Assembly: GCA_043806035.1 (NCBI GenBank)
Contig: JAZDHK010000033.1
Coordinates: 1-64,000 of the forward strand
Direction of reading: 5' to 3'
From: an archaeon
GTDB taxonomy: Archaea > Nanobdellota > Nanobdellia > Woesearchaeales > UBA9642
Length of the DNA stretch: 64,000 nt
In this document: positions 51,218 through 59,862 of the stretch, piece after piece
Position numbering within the stretch: position 1 is the stretch's first letter
Layout of the letters: each line of letters starts with the position of its first letter
Translations under genes and position numbers: made by a program
The notes under the pieces: generated by a model
Told to the model about the DNA's origin: nothing
The model's input: the letters and a program-made list of their open reading frames with translations, nothing else
Databases searched by the model: none

Positions 51218-52015
51218 ATGAAAGGACAACTCAACAAGCAACTGTTGGGCTTCATCATGCTAGCCATTGCAATCATCATGGCATACTTGTTGCTCACGCA
51301 CGGCAGAGACTATGCATTCAAGATGCAATACTGGCTCTTCGGACCACCATCCGACGATGATGATCGTGCACACTACTATTTTGATCGCATGGCAGAATTC
51401 CTCGAGAGCTCCGCAGTGACGGACGATTTCTCGAAAAAATTGCCAACAGAGGTACCTTGCCTGCTTTCACGGTATGCGTACGATGAGGACAAGCCGCTCT
51501 CGAGCAAGTACTTCTTCAGCGTCGACTATGAAGGGCCTGCAGACAACCAGCAGGGCAACAAGGCATACGTCTTGCACATGCACGTGCAAACGCCATCAGG
51601 CTTCATTGATAATGCCTCAAAAAGACTGGGCGTGCAGACGTTCAGGTATAGGTGCTCTGCAATCGAGCCAAAAGTGAACAGACCTCCCGTCATGCTCGCG
51701 CAGGACGCATTCCTTTGTGGAGTGAACCCCCCTGCACGGTACATACTTCTCCCGGACCAGCACGTTGCAGGTATGCCGTTCCTGCAGGACTACGCCCAAA
51801 TAAACAAGACCACGAACACGTACTACTTTTCCCGCTACCCTTCATTGTACATCTTTGCAGACACGGCAAACCCTGTTGAAGAGGACAAATACCGATCCTA
51901 CTTTTACGTCTTCGACCCCGCAGACAGCATGTACAAGGCAAGCTCGACTCGAGACAGCATACTGCGCAGCCTGCAAGAGATTCCCTCCTGCACGTTCAAG
52001 AAGCGGAAGACGTGA
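51218..52015 (+). CDS. Class III signal (pilin-like) protein
   Basis: MKG|QLNKQLLGFIMLAIAII. Confidence 0.7.
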   Translation: MKGQLNKQLLGFIMLAIAIIMAYLLLTHGRDYAFKMQYWLFGPPSDDDDRAHYYFDRMAEFLESSAVTDDFSKKLPTEVPCLLSRYAYDEDKPLSSKYFFSVDYEGPADNQQGNKAYVLHMHVQTPSGFIDNASKRLGVQTFRYRCSAIEPKVNRPPVMLAQDAFLCGVNPPARYILLPDQHVAGMPFLQDYAQINKTTNTYYFSRYPSLYIFADTANPVEEDKYRSYFYVFDPADSMYKASSTRDSILRSLQEIPSCTFKKRKT

Positions 52016-52089
52016 CTGCGGCCGCAGCATCCGAAACCTTTAAATAGTGAAAGAGCGGCTGTATTTCTAAAAGTTTCGAGGTGACGGTT

Positions 52090-52344
52090 ATGAAGAAAGG
52101 TGTGGAACTTTCTATGAATGTCATCATCATTGCAGCAATAGCACTCGTTGTTTTGGTGATATTGGTGGTGCTTGTCCTAAACAGCGCAGGGCCTGTGGCG
52201 GACACGAACAAGTGTGGCGCGGGGCAAGGCATGTGCATCGGAGAAGGCGATGAGTGTGGTGACGGCTACATCGTGCAGCCGTTGAGCAACTGCCCGACAG
52301 CAACGCCGAAATGCTGCGTACCCTTTGGCGGCGAGCAGCAATAA
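52090..52344 (+). CDS. Small pilin-like protein with beta-defensin-like 6-Cys domain
   Basis: MKKG|VELSMNVIIIAAIALVVL; C-x6-C-x6-C-x11-C-x6-CC; GAGGTGA SD; TTTAAATA 52039-52046. Confidence 0.8.
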   Translation: MKKGVELSMNVIIIAAIALVVLVILVVLVLNSAGPVADTNKCGAGQGMCIGEGDECGDGYIVQPLSNCPTATPKCCVPFGGEQQ

Positions 52345-52354
52345 AGGTGCAAGC

Positions 52355-52591
52355 ATGAGAAGAGGTGTGGAACTTTCTCTTAATTTTATCATTATTGCGG
52401 TCATCGTGCTCGTCATCCTGCTCATAGCCATCGTTCTCGTCATCAATGGCGGCACGAGCTTCAATAGGGACACGAAGACCTGCACGTCAAGAGGAGGACA
52501 GTGCATTCCGGGAGGGGACAGTTGCCCTTCTGGCTCGATACCTGTTCCTGGCGTAGAGGGATGTGACGGCAGCTGCTGCCTCGGGGCATAG
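52355..52591 (+). CDS. Small pilin-like protein with beta-defensin-like 6-Cys domain (paralog)
   Basis: MRRG|VELSLNFIIIAVIVLV; CTSRGGQC...C...C...CC. Confidence 0.8.
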   Translation: MRRGVELSLNFIIIAVIVLVILLIAIVLVINGGTSFNRDTKTCTSRGGQCIPGGDSCPSGSIPVPGVEGCDGSCCLGA

Positions 52592-52594
52592 CTC

Positions 52595-52731
52595 ATGAGG
52601 AGTACAGAGCTGGCGATGAACAGCATCGTCACCATGGCCGTTGCTGCCTGTCTCTGTTGTTCATCTACTCAGGTGATGGTTCAATTAACGAATGCTGCAT
52701 ATCAGGTGAGAGTTGTTGCATAGACATATGA
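52595..52731 (+). pseudogene. Degenerate third pilin-defensin copy
   Basis: MRSTELAMNSIVTMAVAA, then in a shifted frame LLFIYSG...ECCISGESCCIDI*, whose stop overlaps the next ATG (ATGA). Confidence 0.6.
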
Positions 52732-54422
52732 AGAAAGGCATGGCTGCCCTGGAGTTTGTCGGCTACTTGCTGCTGATGCTCGTGGTCATTCTAGTAGCGA
52801 TGTATCTCATCAATGGAGGAATAAGCATGTTTGGCATGGCTACCGGCTGTGAAGGGCAGAACGGCGTGTGCAAGGAATCCTGTGGTGAGAATGAACGAAC
52901 GGTCATTTTCTTCAAGGGCTGTCCCCCGTCTGATGACAGGGCAGATAAGGAGAAGAAGCACTGCTGCGCCCCGCAAAAAGAAGATCAGGAAGGAGGCAGC
53001 GAGAGTGATGCGAAGTGCAAGAACCAAAATAATGGGTACGCCTGCGGCAATGGCACGCTCAGATACGGCAATAGAAACATTCCCTTCGTTTCCATGGTGT
53101 GCTTAGACCAGAAATGCGTGCCTCGCTGCGACTTTTGTGCAAGAGTCCTGGGCAGCGATACTGTTTGCAATCCGCTGCCAGGCGTGAATCAAGAAGTCAC
53201 GTTCACTGATGCTTTCTCGTGCAGAGCCATGGAAAGTCCTCTGGATTGTGATGCACTCAACCTGCATGGTGACTGCATCAGAGGCTTCTGCCCGGGTGAC
53301 ACGTACTGTGCAAAACGAGACGGCAATGGAGCGAGAGATGGTGAATTGTACATCCGCTATTCCGACCAGCCAGAATACTGTGCGGGAGACTGCGCCTTGC
53401 CTGGCACAATCGTGATCGTCGGTGACCCATTACGCCTCACCGTCAGTTACTCTGGACCGGACAGGAAGCTCTGCGCGGTAGATGTACTCAGAGAGGATGG
53501 GCAAGCCAACAAATTCGTCAGGCAGTTCACACCAGCATGCAGGAACGTTTCCTTAGATAATGGTCCATGCTCATTCAGGTGGGTGTTTGAATGCGGAGGA
53601 GATGCACCTGCATTCGTGCTCGAGAATGACCCATTGCAGTTTCTAGTGAACAGTTCAGAATATGAATTGTTGAAGAATGTGCCCTTGCGTATCGATGTCA
53701 TCGCCTATAATTGTGACGTCAGCGATAAGCAGGGCAACGTCCAGACGAGTCCTTGCCAGGACAAGGGAAGAAACGAATTAGCCCACGCCCGCATTTCTCT
53801 CGACTTAATGAAGCCGTCATCTGCAGAGCTGCGCAAAAGAAATCCCATAATCACCATAGCATCATCCAATCCATCGACGAAATCCTGCATTGTTACCTGC
53901 AAGAACTCATTGGGGGAGCAGTGTGGGCCGCTGAACTACCTGGGTGTGGGTGCAGGAGAGCAGTGTGGGGAGAACTTGAACTGGGAGGGAAATTTGCCCA
54001 CACTAGCCTACAACAAGTGGAACGAACAGCCAATAGACAGAACAGCAAACCCTGTATTGTGCTTCAGAGGCAGGCTCACGAGCAACCCGCTCTTCGTTAA
54101 TTACACGACAGACCCTAACGGGTGTGAGCGGTTCTTCTACCAGAAAGTAGCGGAGGAGCAAGTGTGCCTGTGGAACAGCTGTGCACAAATTTCTGATGCT
54201 GCACAATGTGAAGACACGCTCAGCCAAGGCTGCAGCTTCAGCTGTATTTGGGATAATGTGAAAAAGACGTGCCGGCTGTGCAGCACGCCCGAAACCCAAT
54301 GCAAGTACATCAGAGACAGGGCTGCCTGTGATGCTGCAGCAGAAAAGTGCGGCATGCAATGCCACTGGCGGCGACGATTCCTGTTCCTGCCTGACACGTG
54401 CGAGCCGGGGCCGAGACCATGA
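52728..54422 (+). CDS. Pilin-like Cys-rich multidomain protein
   Basis: MKKG|MAALEFVGYLLL; CEGQNGVC..SC...C...CC defensin-like module; further Cys-rich modules. Confidence 0.75.
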   Translation: MKKGMAALEFVGYLLLMLVVILVAMYLINGGISMFGMATGCEGQNGVCKESCGENERTVIFFKGCPPSDDRADKEKKHCCAPQKEDQEGGSESDAKCKNQNNGYACGNGTLRYGNRNIPFVSMVCLDQKCVPRCDFCARVLGSDTVCNPLPGVNQEVTFTDAFSCRAMESPLDCDALNLHGDCIRGFCPGDTYCAKRDGNGARDGELYIRYSDQPEYCAGDCALPGTIVIVGDPLRLTVSYSGPDRKLCAVDVLREDGQANKFVRQFTPACRNVSLDNGPCSFRWVFECGGDAPAFVLENDPLQFLVNSSEYELLKNVPLRIDVIAYNCDVSDKQGNVQTSPCQDKGRNELAHARISLDLMKPSSAELRKRNPIITIASSNPSTKSCIVTCKNSLGEQCGPLNYLGVGAGEQCGENLNWEGNLPTLAYNKWNEQPIDRTANPVLCFRGRLTSNPLFVNYTTDPNGCERFFYQKVAEEQVCLWNSCAQISDAAQCEDTLSQGCSFSCIWDNVKKTCRLCSTPETQCKYIRDRAACDAAAEKCGMQCHWRRRFLFLPDTCEPGPRP

Positions 54423-55087
54423 GGGGAGAGGCAACACATGATCAAGTGATAGGGTTCATCATACTTGTCTTCATCCTGGTGGCTGTTGTTTTTGGCATTT
54501 ATTGGAAATTCTTTCACAAGAGCGAGCAGCAAATAGCTGACTTAGAAAGTTGCGGAACGTTCAGCATCGTCGTCGCTGGCGACAGCCTGACGCGGCCAGG
54601 AGAATGCATTGTTGGAAAATGCCCGACGGACAGGCAATACAAGCAAGTGCCTGGAATGTGCGATCCAGGAATGGTGTGCTGTGTGGATCAATCATTGGAA
54701 ACGGATGTTCCTGTGCTCATGTACCGGCTCAAGGGAGAGGATACTCGGAAGTACAAGCCAATGCAAGGCAGCATAAATCTCGAAAAGGGCAAGAAATACG
54801 TCTTCAAGATGCCACAGCTCACCGAGCAGCAGGATGCAGTATCGTGTGCAATCACCATGTACGAAGTCGATGATTTTGAGCAATTGCCCACGCAAGAGGG
54901 AGGCAATGACAACAGCGCCAGAGACGAGCGCATTGACTGGGCAAAAAACAACTGCATTGAGAATGCGACAACATGGATGGATATAATCTTTCCCGAAGAG
55001 GCCAATTATTTGCTGTTCATCAAGAGTATTGACTCCTCAGGGGAGGAACTCGTCGTTGAGCCTGTTGAGCTGAGCGTGGTCTCGTGA
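54419..55087 (+). CDS. Pilin-like protein with defensin-like module and beta domain
   Basis: MRG|EATHDQVIGFIILVFIL; C...GEC...C...C...CC. Confidence 0.72.
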   Translation: MRGEATHDQVIGFIILVFILVAVVFGIYWKFFHKSEQQIADLESCGTFSIVVAGDSLTRPGECIVGKCPTDRQYKQVPGMCDPGMVCCVDQSLETDVPVLMYRLKGEDTRKYKPMQGSINLEKGKKYVFKMPQLTEQQDAVSCAITMYEVDDFEQLPTQEGGNDNSARDERIDWAKNNCIENATTWMDIIFPEEANYLLFIKSIDSSGEELVVEPVELSVVS

Positions 55088-56514
55088 ACGGCAGCCTTGA
55101 TTTTCATTTCCTTCTTGAAGCGATCATGATTTCCATCATCGTGCTCTTCATCTTTGGTTGCGTCAATGGTGCATACCATTCGTTGACGAACGCTGACGAT
55201 AGGCAGGTGAGCCTGAACAACTTCAACGCCTTAGCAACGGGCATGCAGAGTCTCGTGAACGTGCAGGACAGAGTCATGGTACAAGGCATGACCTTCTCTC
55301 TCCCTGCCAGAGTATACGTTGTCGGCTTTGACAGCGAATGGAATGAGAATGTCAAGCAGGCAGGATTGACAGATGACAGCTCCTATGAAGGTGTGCACAA
55401 GCCACAACAATGCTTGGTGAACGAGCATTCGCCAGAGGATGCTTGCTTGTGCTTGTACGAGAATGAGCAATTCGCCTACATGCACGGTAGCGAGAACAGG
55501 TTTGGAAAATTAAGTCCAGAAGAACGCATCAAGGCGTACGAAAAGCCCATCATGGCCTGCTACGTGTTCTCCTCAAAACCCGATGTGGCGGGGAGGTTTA
55601 AGCCAATAGTCTTCCTTAGCACGTGGGCAAGCAGCGACAGTCCCGTTGCAGAGAATGCAAAAAAGCCGTTCTTTGCAACAGTCCGTCCAGACCAGCCTCC
55701 GTATGCTGGCGTCTTGGGAAGCAAGGATAACGAAGCAGGAAAATATGCATTCCTCATCTTCAAAGGCAATGACAAAACCCACACGCTCTACTACGAAAAG
55801 TATGAGACCGACGAAAAAATTTACATTTACCTTACCACGAAAGTAGCGACACAGGACCTTTCCTTCAGAGAGTACGAACTCAAAAAACAGGCAGGATATT
55901 GCAGCGACAACAGCCATGCCAATTGTGCGGGAAAGACCATAGGAACGAGCATAGGCACGGGAAGGTATGGCAATACGCTCGACGAATGGTATGCTGTTAG
56001 TCAAGGAAGGTATGCGCAAGCAGCACCCTCTGCGGTGTGCAACGGCCGTTTCACGTGCGAACCAATATCAGAGGAGAAAGGATGCAGGATCGTCTGCCAG
56101 CCGTACTGCATAGAGCAGTGCAAAGACCAGAACTGCAAGGCAGCAGTCATCACGGAAAAGTGCGAATGCAACGGCATCAAATTTTCTGGCTACTGCGCAT
56201 GCACGCAGGACGTCACCACTGGCACGTGCCCCGCCATTGACGGCATTCCCACCCTGCTCTATCACGACCAAGTCATCCAGGGATACGGCGATGCATTGCA
56301 GCAATGCATTGCCGAACACATTGCAGACGACGCGTATGTCGAAGATCAGCTGAAGAGCATAGTGCATTATGCATCAGATGACTATGCCGACTGTAGTTTT
56401 GAGCGTCTCGATGGTGACGATGCGTTCAGTGCATGCGAGCACGATGTGTGCATGGCATCGGCGAACCCTTCCTGTGTGATTGCTGCAGAAGACAGATGCA
56501 CGCCTCGACGATAA
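55084..56514 (+). CDS. N-anchored (pilin-like) Cys-rich surface protein
   Basis: GTGA overlap; MNG|SLDFHFLLEAIMISIIVLFIF; CLCLY; Cys-rich C-terminal half. Confidence 0.7.
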   Translation: MNGSLDFHFLLEAIMISIIVLFIFGCVNGAYHSLTNADDRQVSLNNFNALATGMQSLVNVQDRVMVQGMTFSLPARVYVVGFDSEWNENVKQAGLTDDSSYEGVHKPQQCLVNEHSPEDACLCLYENEQFAYMHGSENRFGKLSPEERIKAYEKPIMACYVFSSKPDVAGRFKPIVFLSTWASSDSPVAENAKKPFFATVRPDQPPYAGVLGSKDNEAGKYAFLIFKGNDKTHTLYYEKYETDEKIYIYLTTKVATQDLSFREYELKKQAGYCSDNSHANCAGKTIGTSIGTGRYGNTLDEWYAVSQGRYAQAAPSAVCNGRFTCEPISEEKGCRIVCQPYCIEQCKDQNCKAAVITEKCECNGIKFSGYCACTQDVTTGTCPAIDGIPTLLYHDQVIQGYGDALQQCIAEHIADDAYVEDQLKSIVHYASDDYADCSFERLDGDDAFSACEHDVCMASANPSCVIAAEDRCTPRR

Positions 56515-56544
56515 ACATATAAATTGTTCTTGTTCAGTGCATGC

Positions 56545-57363
56545 GTGGTTTCGTACGAAACAAAAATAAGAACGGCAGCACGGTATGTGAAAAAACACTT
56601 GACGAACACGCCTCGTGCAGCCATCGTCCTTGGCTCTGGACTAGGGACCCTTGTTCAGCCAGACAACGCAAAAAGCATAGCATACAAGAACATCCCCTAC
56701 TTTCCGCAAACGACAGTGCCAGGCCACGAGGGAAAGCTCATCATTGGTGAGTTGGCAGGGCATGCTGTGCTGGTGTTGCGCGGCAGGAAACACTATTATG
56801 AAGTCGCCGACAAGCCGCACGGCATGCGTGCTGTTGTTTTTTCCGTGCACGTGCTTGCAGAGCTCGGCATACCGTATTTTATTGCGACGAACGCCGCAGG
56901 AGGGCTCAATACTTCCTTTGCTGTCGGTGATGTCATGCTGATTTCCTCACACATCAGCTTCCTACCCAATCCTCTAATGGGAAGGCAACTCAGTGATGTT
57001 GCAGAACGATTTGTTCCTCTGCACGATGCATATGATGAACAGCTGCGCAGCTTCGCCAGAGGCAAAGGTGTCAGAGAAGGAGTCTATCTTGCACTGTCTG
57101 GCCCGAGTTATGAGACTCCTGCAGAATGCCTTGCCTACAGGAAACTTGGCGCTGATGCCGTGGGCATGTCCACCGTCCCAGAAATTATCGCTGCAAGAAG
57201 CAGGGGCATGACGTGCTTTGCCTTTTCGTTGATCACGAACAAGATTGCAAAGAACGGCATGAACAACACCAGCCACGACGAAGTAAAGGCAGTGCTTGCT
57301 TCAGAACACACGCGAAAGCATGCGGAAGCAGTGCTGCTTTGCGTGCTTAAACGGATCGCTTGA
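56545..57363 (+). CDS. punA: Purine nucleoside phosphorylase (trimeric PNP/XapA type)
   Basis: IVLGSGLG, VPGHEG, GRKHYYE, TNAAGG, GPSYETPAE, VGMSTVPE. Confidence 0.93.
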   Translation: MVSYETKIRTAARYVKKHLTNTPRAAIVLGSGLGTLVQPDNAKSIAYKNIPYFPQTTVPGHEGKLIIGELAGHAVLVLRGRKHYYEVADKPHGMRAVVFSVHVLAELGIPYFIATNAAGGLNTSFAVGDVMLISSHISFLPNPLMGRQLSDVAERFVPLHDAYDEQLRSFARGKGVREGVYLALSGPSYETPAECLAYRKLGADAVGMSTVPEIIAARSRGMTCFAFSLITNKIAKNGMNNTSHDEVKAVLASEHTRKHAEAVLLCVLKRIA

Positions 57364-58396
57364 TGACGAAGTCCGCAAGTGCAAGGAGCTTTTCTGGGCG
57401 TTTGAGCTGCGTGATTTCTTGCTTTGCTTCCGTCACTAATTGTTTGGCAGCATCTTGCGCAGCGATAAGCGCACGGTGCTTGAGCAGCAGGGCAACTGCC
57501 TCTTTTTTGAGTGCAGCATCAGTCGTATGCGTGCAGAGTATCTCGAGGAGTCGTTCTCTTTCTTCTGCTGTTGCTTTTTCGAGAGTGATGATGACGGGAA
57601 GGCTGAGTTTTCCTTCCGTGATGTCCTCTGCAGTGGTTTTTCCCCATGCTCGTGTGGGTTGTACGTTCATGATGTCATCCTGAATCTGGAATGCAACGCC
57701 AATGACGTGCCCGAATTTTTCGAGAGCGGCAGTGTCATTTTTCGTCCCCCCTCCGATTATGGCACCTAGTTGTGCTGCGATGGAGGAGAGCATGCCTGTC
57801 TTGAGCATGCACATGTGCAAATATTGTTCCTTGCTTATCCTTCCCGGATGGTTGTGCCAATAAATGTCCATCGCCTGACCAAGATGCAATTTCATCGTCC
57901 CGGTGGTGACGACATCATACAGTCTGGCTCGTACGGATGCAGGGTAGCCAAGGAGGGGTTGGTATGCGAGGAAGTATAATGCATTCCCTGCATTAATGGC
58001 AATGTCCTCACCGTACAGTTTGTGAATGGCAGGCTTACCTCTTCTCAGTTCGCTCTTGTCTTCCATGTCATCGATGATGAGGCTGCCGTTATGGATGAGT
58101 TCGACGACGGGGACGAAAGGCAAGATTTTTGGGAGCATTTCCTTTTCGTCCTTTCCCGAGACGGCGCACGCGGCCATGAGCAGGAGTGCCGGACGCCACA
58201 TCTTTCCCCCTCTGTCAAGAAGGTCATAACAGGGCTTGCTAATCGCTTCCGTCAAGGCATGCGTGTCCGCTTGCGTGCCGTATTTCGGCTCGTGCAGTTG
58301 CTTGAGCCACCCTTCGGTCATTTTTCTCGGCAAGGCGTCCTCTGACGCTTTCTTGAATGCCGGACGGTACTGTTCGAGATAGGCAACGATGTCCAC
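57347..58396 (-). CDS. Polyprenyl (trans-isoprenyl diphosphate) synthase
   Basis: GGK.WRP, LIIDDMED.S..RRG, GQAMD, KT, FQIQDD, EDITEGK. Confidence 0.93.
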   Translation of the reverse strand: MDIVAYLEQYRPAFKKASEDALPRKMTEGWLKQLHEPKYGTQADTHALTEAISKPCYDLLDRGGKMWRPALLLMAACAVSGKDEKEMLPKILPFVPVVELIHNGSLIIDDMEDKSELRRGKPAIHKLYGEDIAINAGNALYFLAYQPLLGYPASVRARLYDVVTTGTMKLHLGQAMDIYWHNHPGRISKEQYLHMCMLKTGMLSSIAAQLGAIIGGGTKNDTAALEKFGHVIGVAFQIQDDIMNVQPTRAWGKTTAEDITEGKLSLPVIITLEKATAEERERLLEILCTHTTDAALKKEAVALLLKHRALIAAQDAAKQLVTEAKQEITQLKRPEKLLALADFVIKRSV

Positions 58397-58404
58397 AGTA
58401 CGTG

Positions 58405-58854
58405 TTAAGCAAGGGGTGTTTTAAAAAGATTGTTGATAACTTGCGAATGCAAGGGATGGACGTTTTTGCTAGGGCTTTTTCGTAACCAGTGTACACTCGT
58501 GATCTCCTCTCCAGGAGAAGGGGTGTGTTCGTCGGTGCTCACGATGAAGAAAAGCAAGGTCTTATTGAAGTATTGATTAAGATCATCTGCATAGAACAGA
58601 GCATGTTGTTTTGCAACCAGTCGTCCTGGCGCGATTCGCAGTCCTGTTTCTTCGAAGAATTCTCTTGTGAGTGCTTCCTCGTTTGATTCACCAATTTCCC
58701 GTGTTCCTCCAGGGAATTCCCATAGTGAAGACCATTTGCATTTTACAACGAGCAGTTTATTGTTCTGTACAAGAATGCCATATACTGATGTACTCTCTTT
58801 CGGAGTTATGTTTCTTGGTAACTGATGCAGTTTTCCTCTCCTGTCAGCATACAT
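58405..58854 (-). CDS. NUDIX hydrolase
   Basis: WEFPGG..E.GE...EAL.RE..EETG Nudix box. Confidence 0.9.
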   Translation of the reverse strand: MYADRRGKLHQLPRNITPKESTSVYGILVQNNKLLVVKCKWSSLWEFPGGTREIGESNEEALTREFFEETGLRIAPGRLVAKQHALFYADDLNQYFNKTLLFFIVSTDEHTPSPGEEITSVHWLRKSPSKNVHPLHSQVINNLFKTPLA

Positions 58855-58920
58855 GTTTGTGCGTTTTCTTTTTTTGTTTAAAAAACAAACCTTTTTAAGA
58901 CGTGTCGAATTAGCTGCAAG

Positions 58921-59187
58921 TGTAGGCTAGGCCGGGGTGTTCATCCTACCTTGTGACCGCAAACGGATGTCGGCGGGGCTGAAGCAGGAGAGAGGCTTCC
59001 TGCAGTGCAAGAAGTCTTGGTGCAACCGTCGAGGCTCTGTCCTCTTCGGCCGGCACTGTAGCCAACCGGGTCAGGGCAGGAATGCAGCAGCCCTCCGTTA
59101 TGGAGTCGGTGCTTTGAGGGTCGCGGAGCGGAGGAACCATCAAGGGCACTTCTCGTTCTGTGTGCTGTCCATTTCCTGCGGCCTACA
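58921..59187 (+). ncRNA. ffs: SRP (7S) RNA
   Basis: Terminal helix TGTAGGC/GCCTACA; Alu start GGCTAGGCCGGGG; helix 8 GGGTCAGG-GCA-GGAA-TGC-AGCAGCCC (59068-59093); TATA-like TTTTAAG ~58893. Confidence 0.88.
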
Positions 59188-59202
59188 TTTTTCGGCGAGA
59201 AC

Positions 59203-59667
59203 ATGACCGATCTCCAAAAACTAATGGATTCTCGACTATTGTTTTTAACTCAAGCAGAACCCATTATTGATGCATCCCTTTTTCGTGAACGCGTGCGTTC
59301 TTTGTTGAGCAGTCCTGAACGTGGAAGATATGTGCGGCATGCGCAGGATACTGATCCGAGCAATTGCTTTGGCACGACACTGTACATTGTAGGTTCACTT
59401 CCTACTCCTCGTTTTGTGCACGGGGACAAACTGAGCAGATGTCTTGAACAAAACAGTTTATCAAAAAAGAAACCCGATAGCATCATTGCATTATTTGACG
59501 AAGAACATTTGCTGCACACTGGCGTTTATCTCGGTGATTGTGCGCAAGGGGGCGTTGTCATTCACCAACCAGATACGGGAGAGGATTATGCAGTAGACCC
59601 TCTAGAAGCAATGTGCTTTCTCTATCCTGCAACGAGGAAAGAATTCTACACGTTCAGAACTTCTTAA
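59203..59667 (+). CDS. Hypothetical protein, NlpC/P60 papain-like fold candidate
   Basis: NCFG ... LHTGVYLG ... IH pattern (Cys-His-His). Confidence 0.5.
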   Translation: MTDLQKLMDSRLLFLTQAEPIIDASLFRERVRSLLSSPERGRYVRHAQDTDPSNCFGTTLYIVGSLPTPRFVHGDKLSRCLEQNSLSKKKPDSIIALFDEEHLLHTGVYLGDCAQGGVVIHQPDTGEDYAVDPLEAMCFLYPATRKEFYTFRTS

Positions 59668-59851
59668 ACTTCGCACTCGTATCGATGAGGTCGACGTGCC
59701 CTAAGAATATTGCTCGGCAGCAGTACCGTTCAAGCCCCAACGCGTCCATGATCTTTTTGCGGTCCTCGCCTGCCTTGACCTTCTCCAAGTAGTCTTCCCA
59801 GAGGTGGCCAATGGGTTTTCCGCAACTCATGCAACGAACGGGAATGATCAT
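59654..59851 (-). CDS. rpoN: RNA polymerase subunit Rpo10 (N)
   Basis: MIIPVRC.SCGK...RYCCR. Confidence 0.97.
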   Translation of the reverse strand: MIIPVRCMSCGKPIGHLWEDYLEKVKAGEDRKKIMDALGLERYCCRAIFLGHVDLIDTSAKFKKF

Positions 59852-59862
59852 GTGCTTCACCT

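Noticed and set aside
23119-56514. Island as a provirus or integrative element
   Set aside because: No integrase, capsid, terminase, replication gene or att repeats; promoters and coupling to rpl14e look native
58937-59206. Short ORFs on both strands
   Set aside because: The region is explained by the SRP RNA
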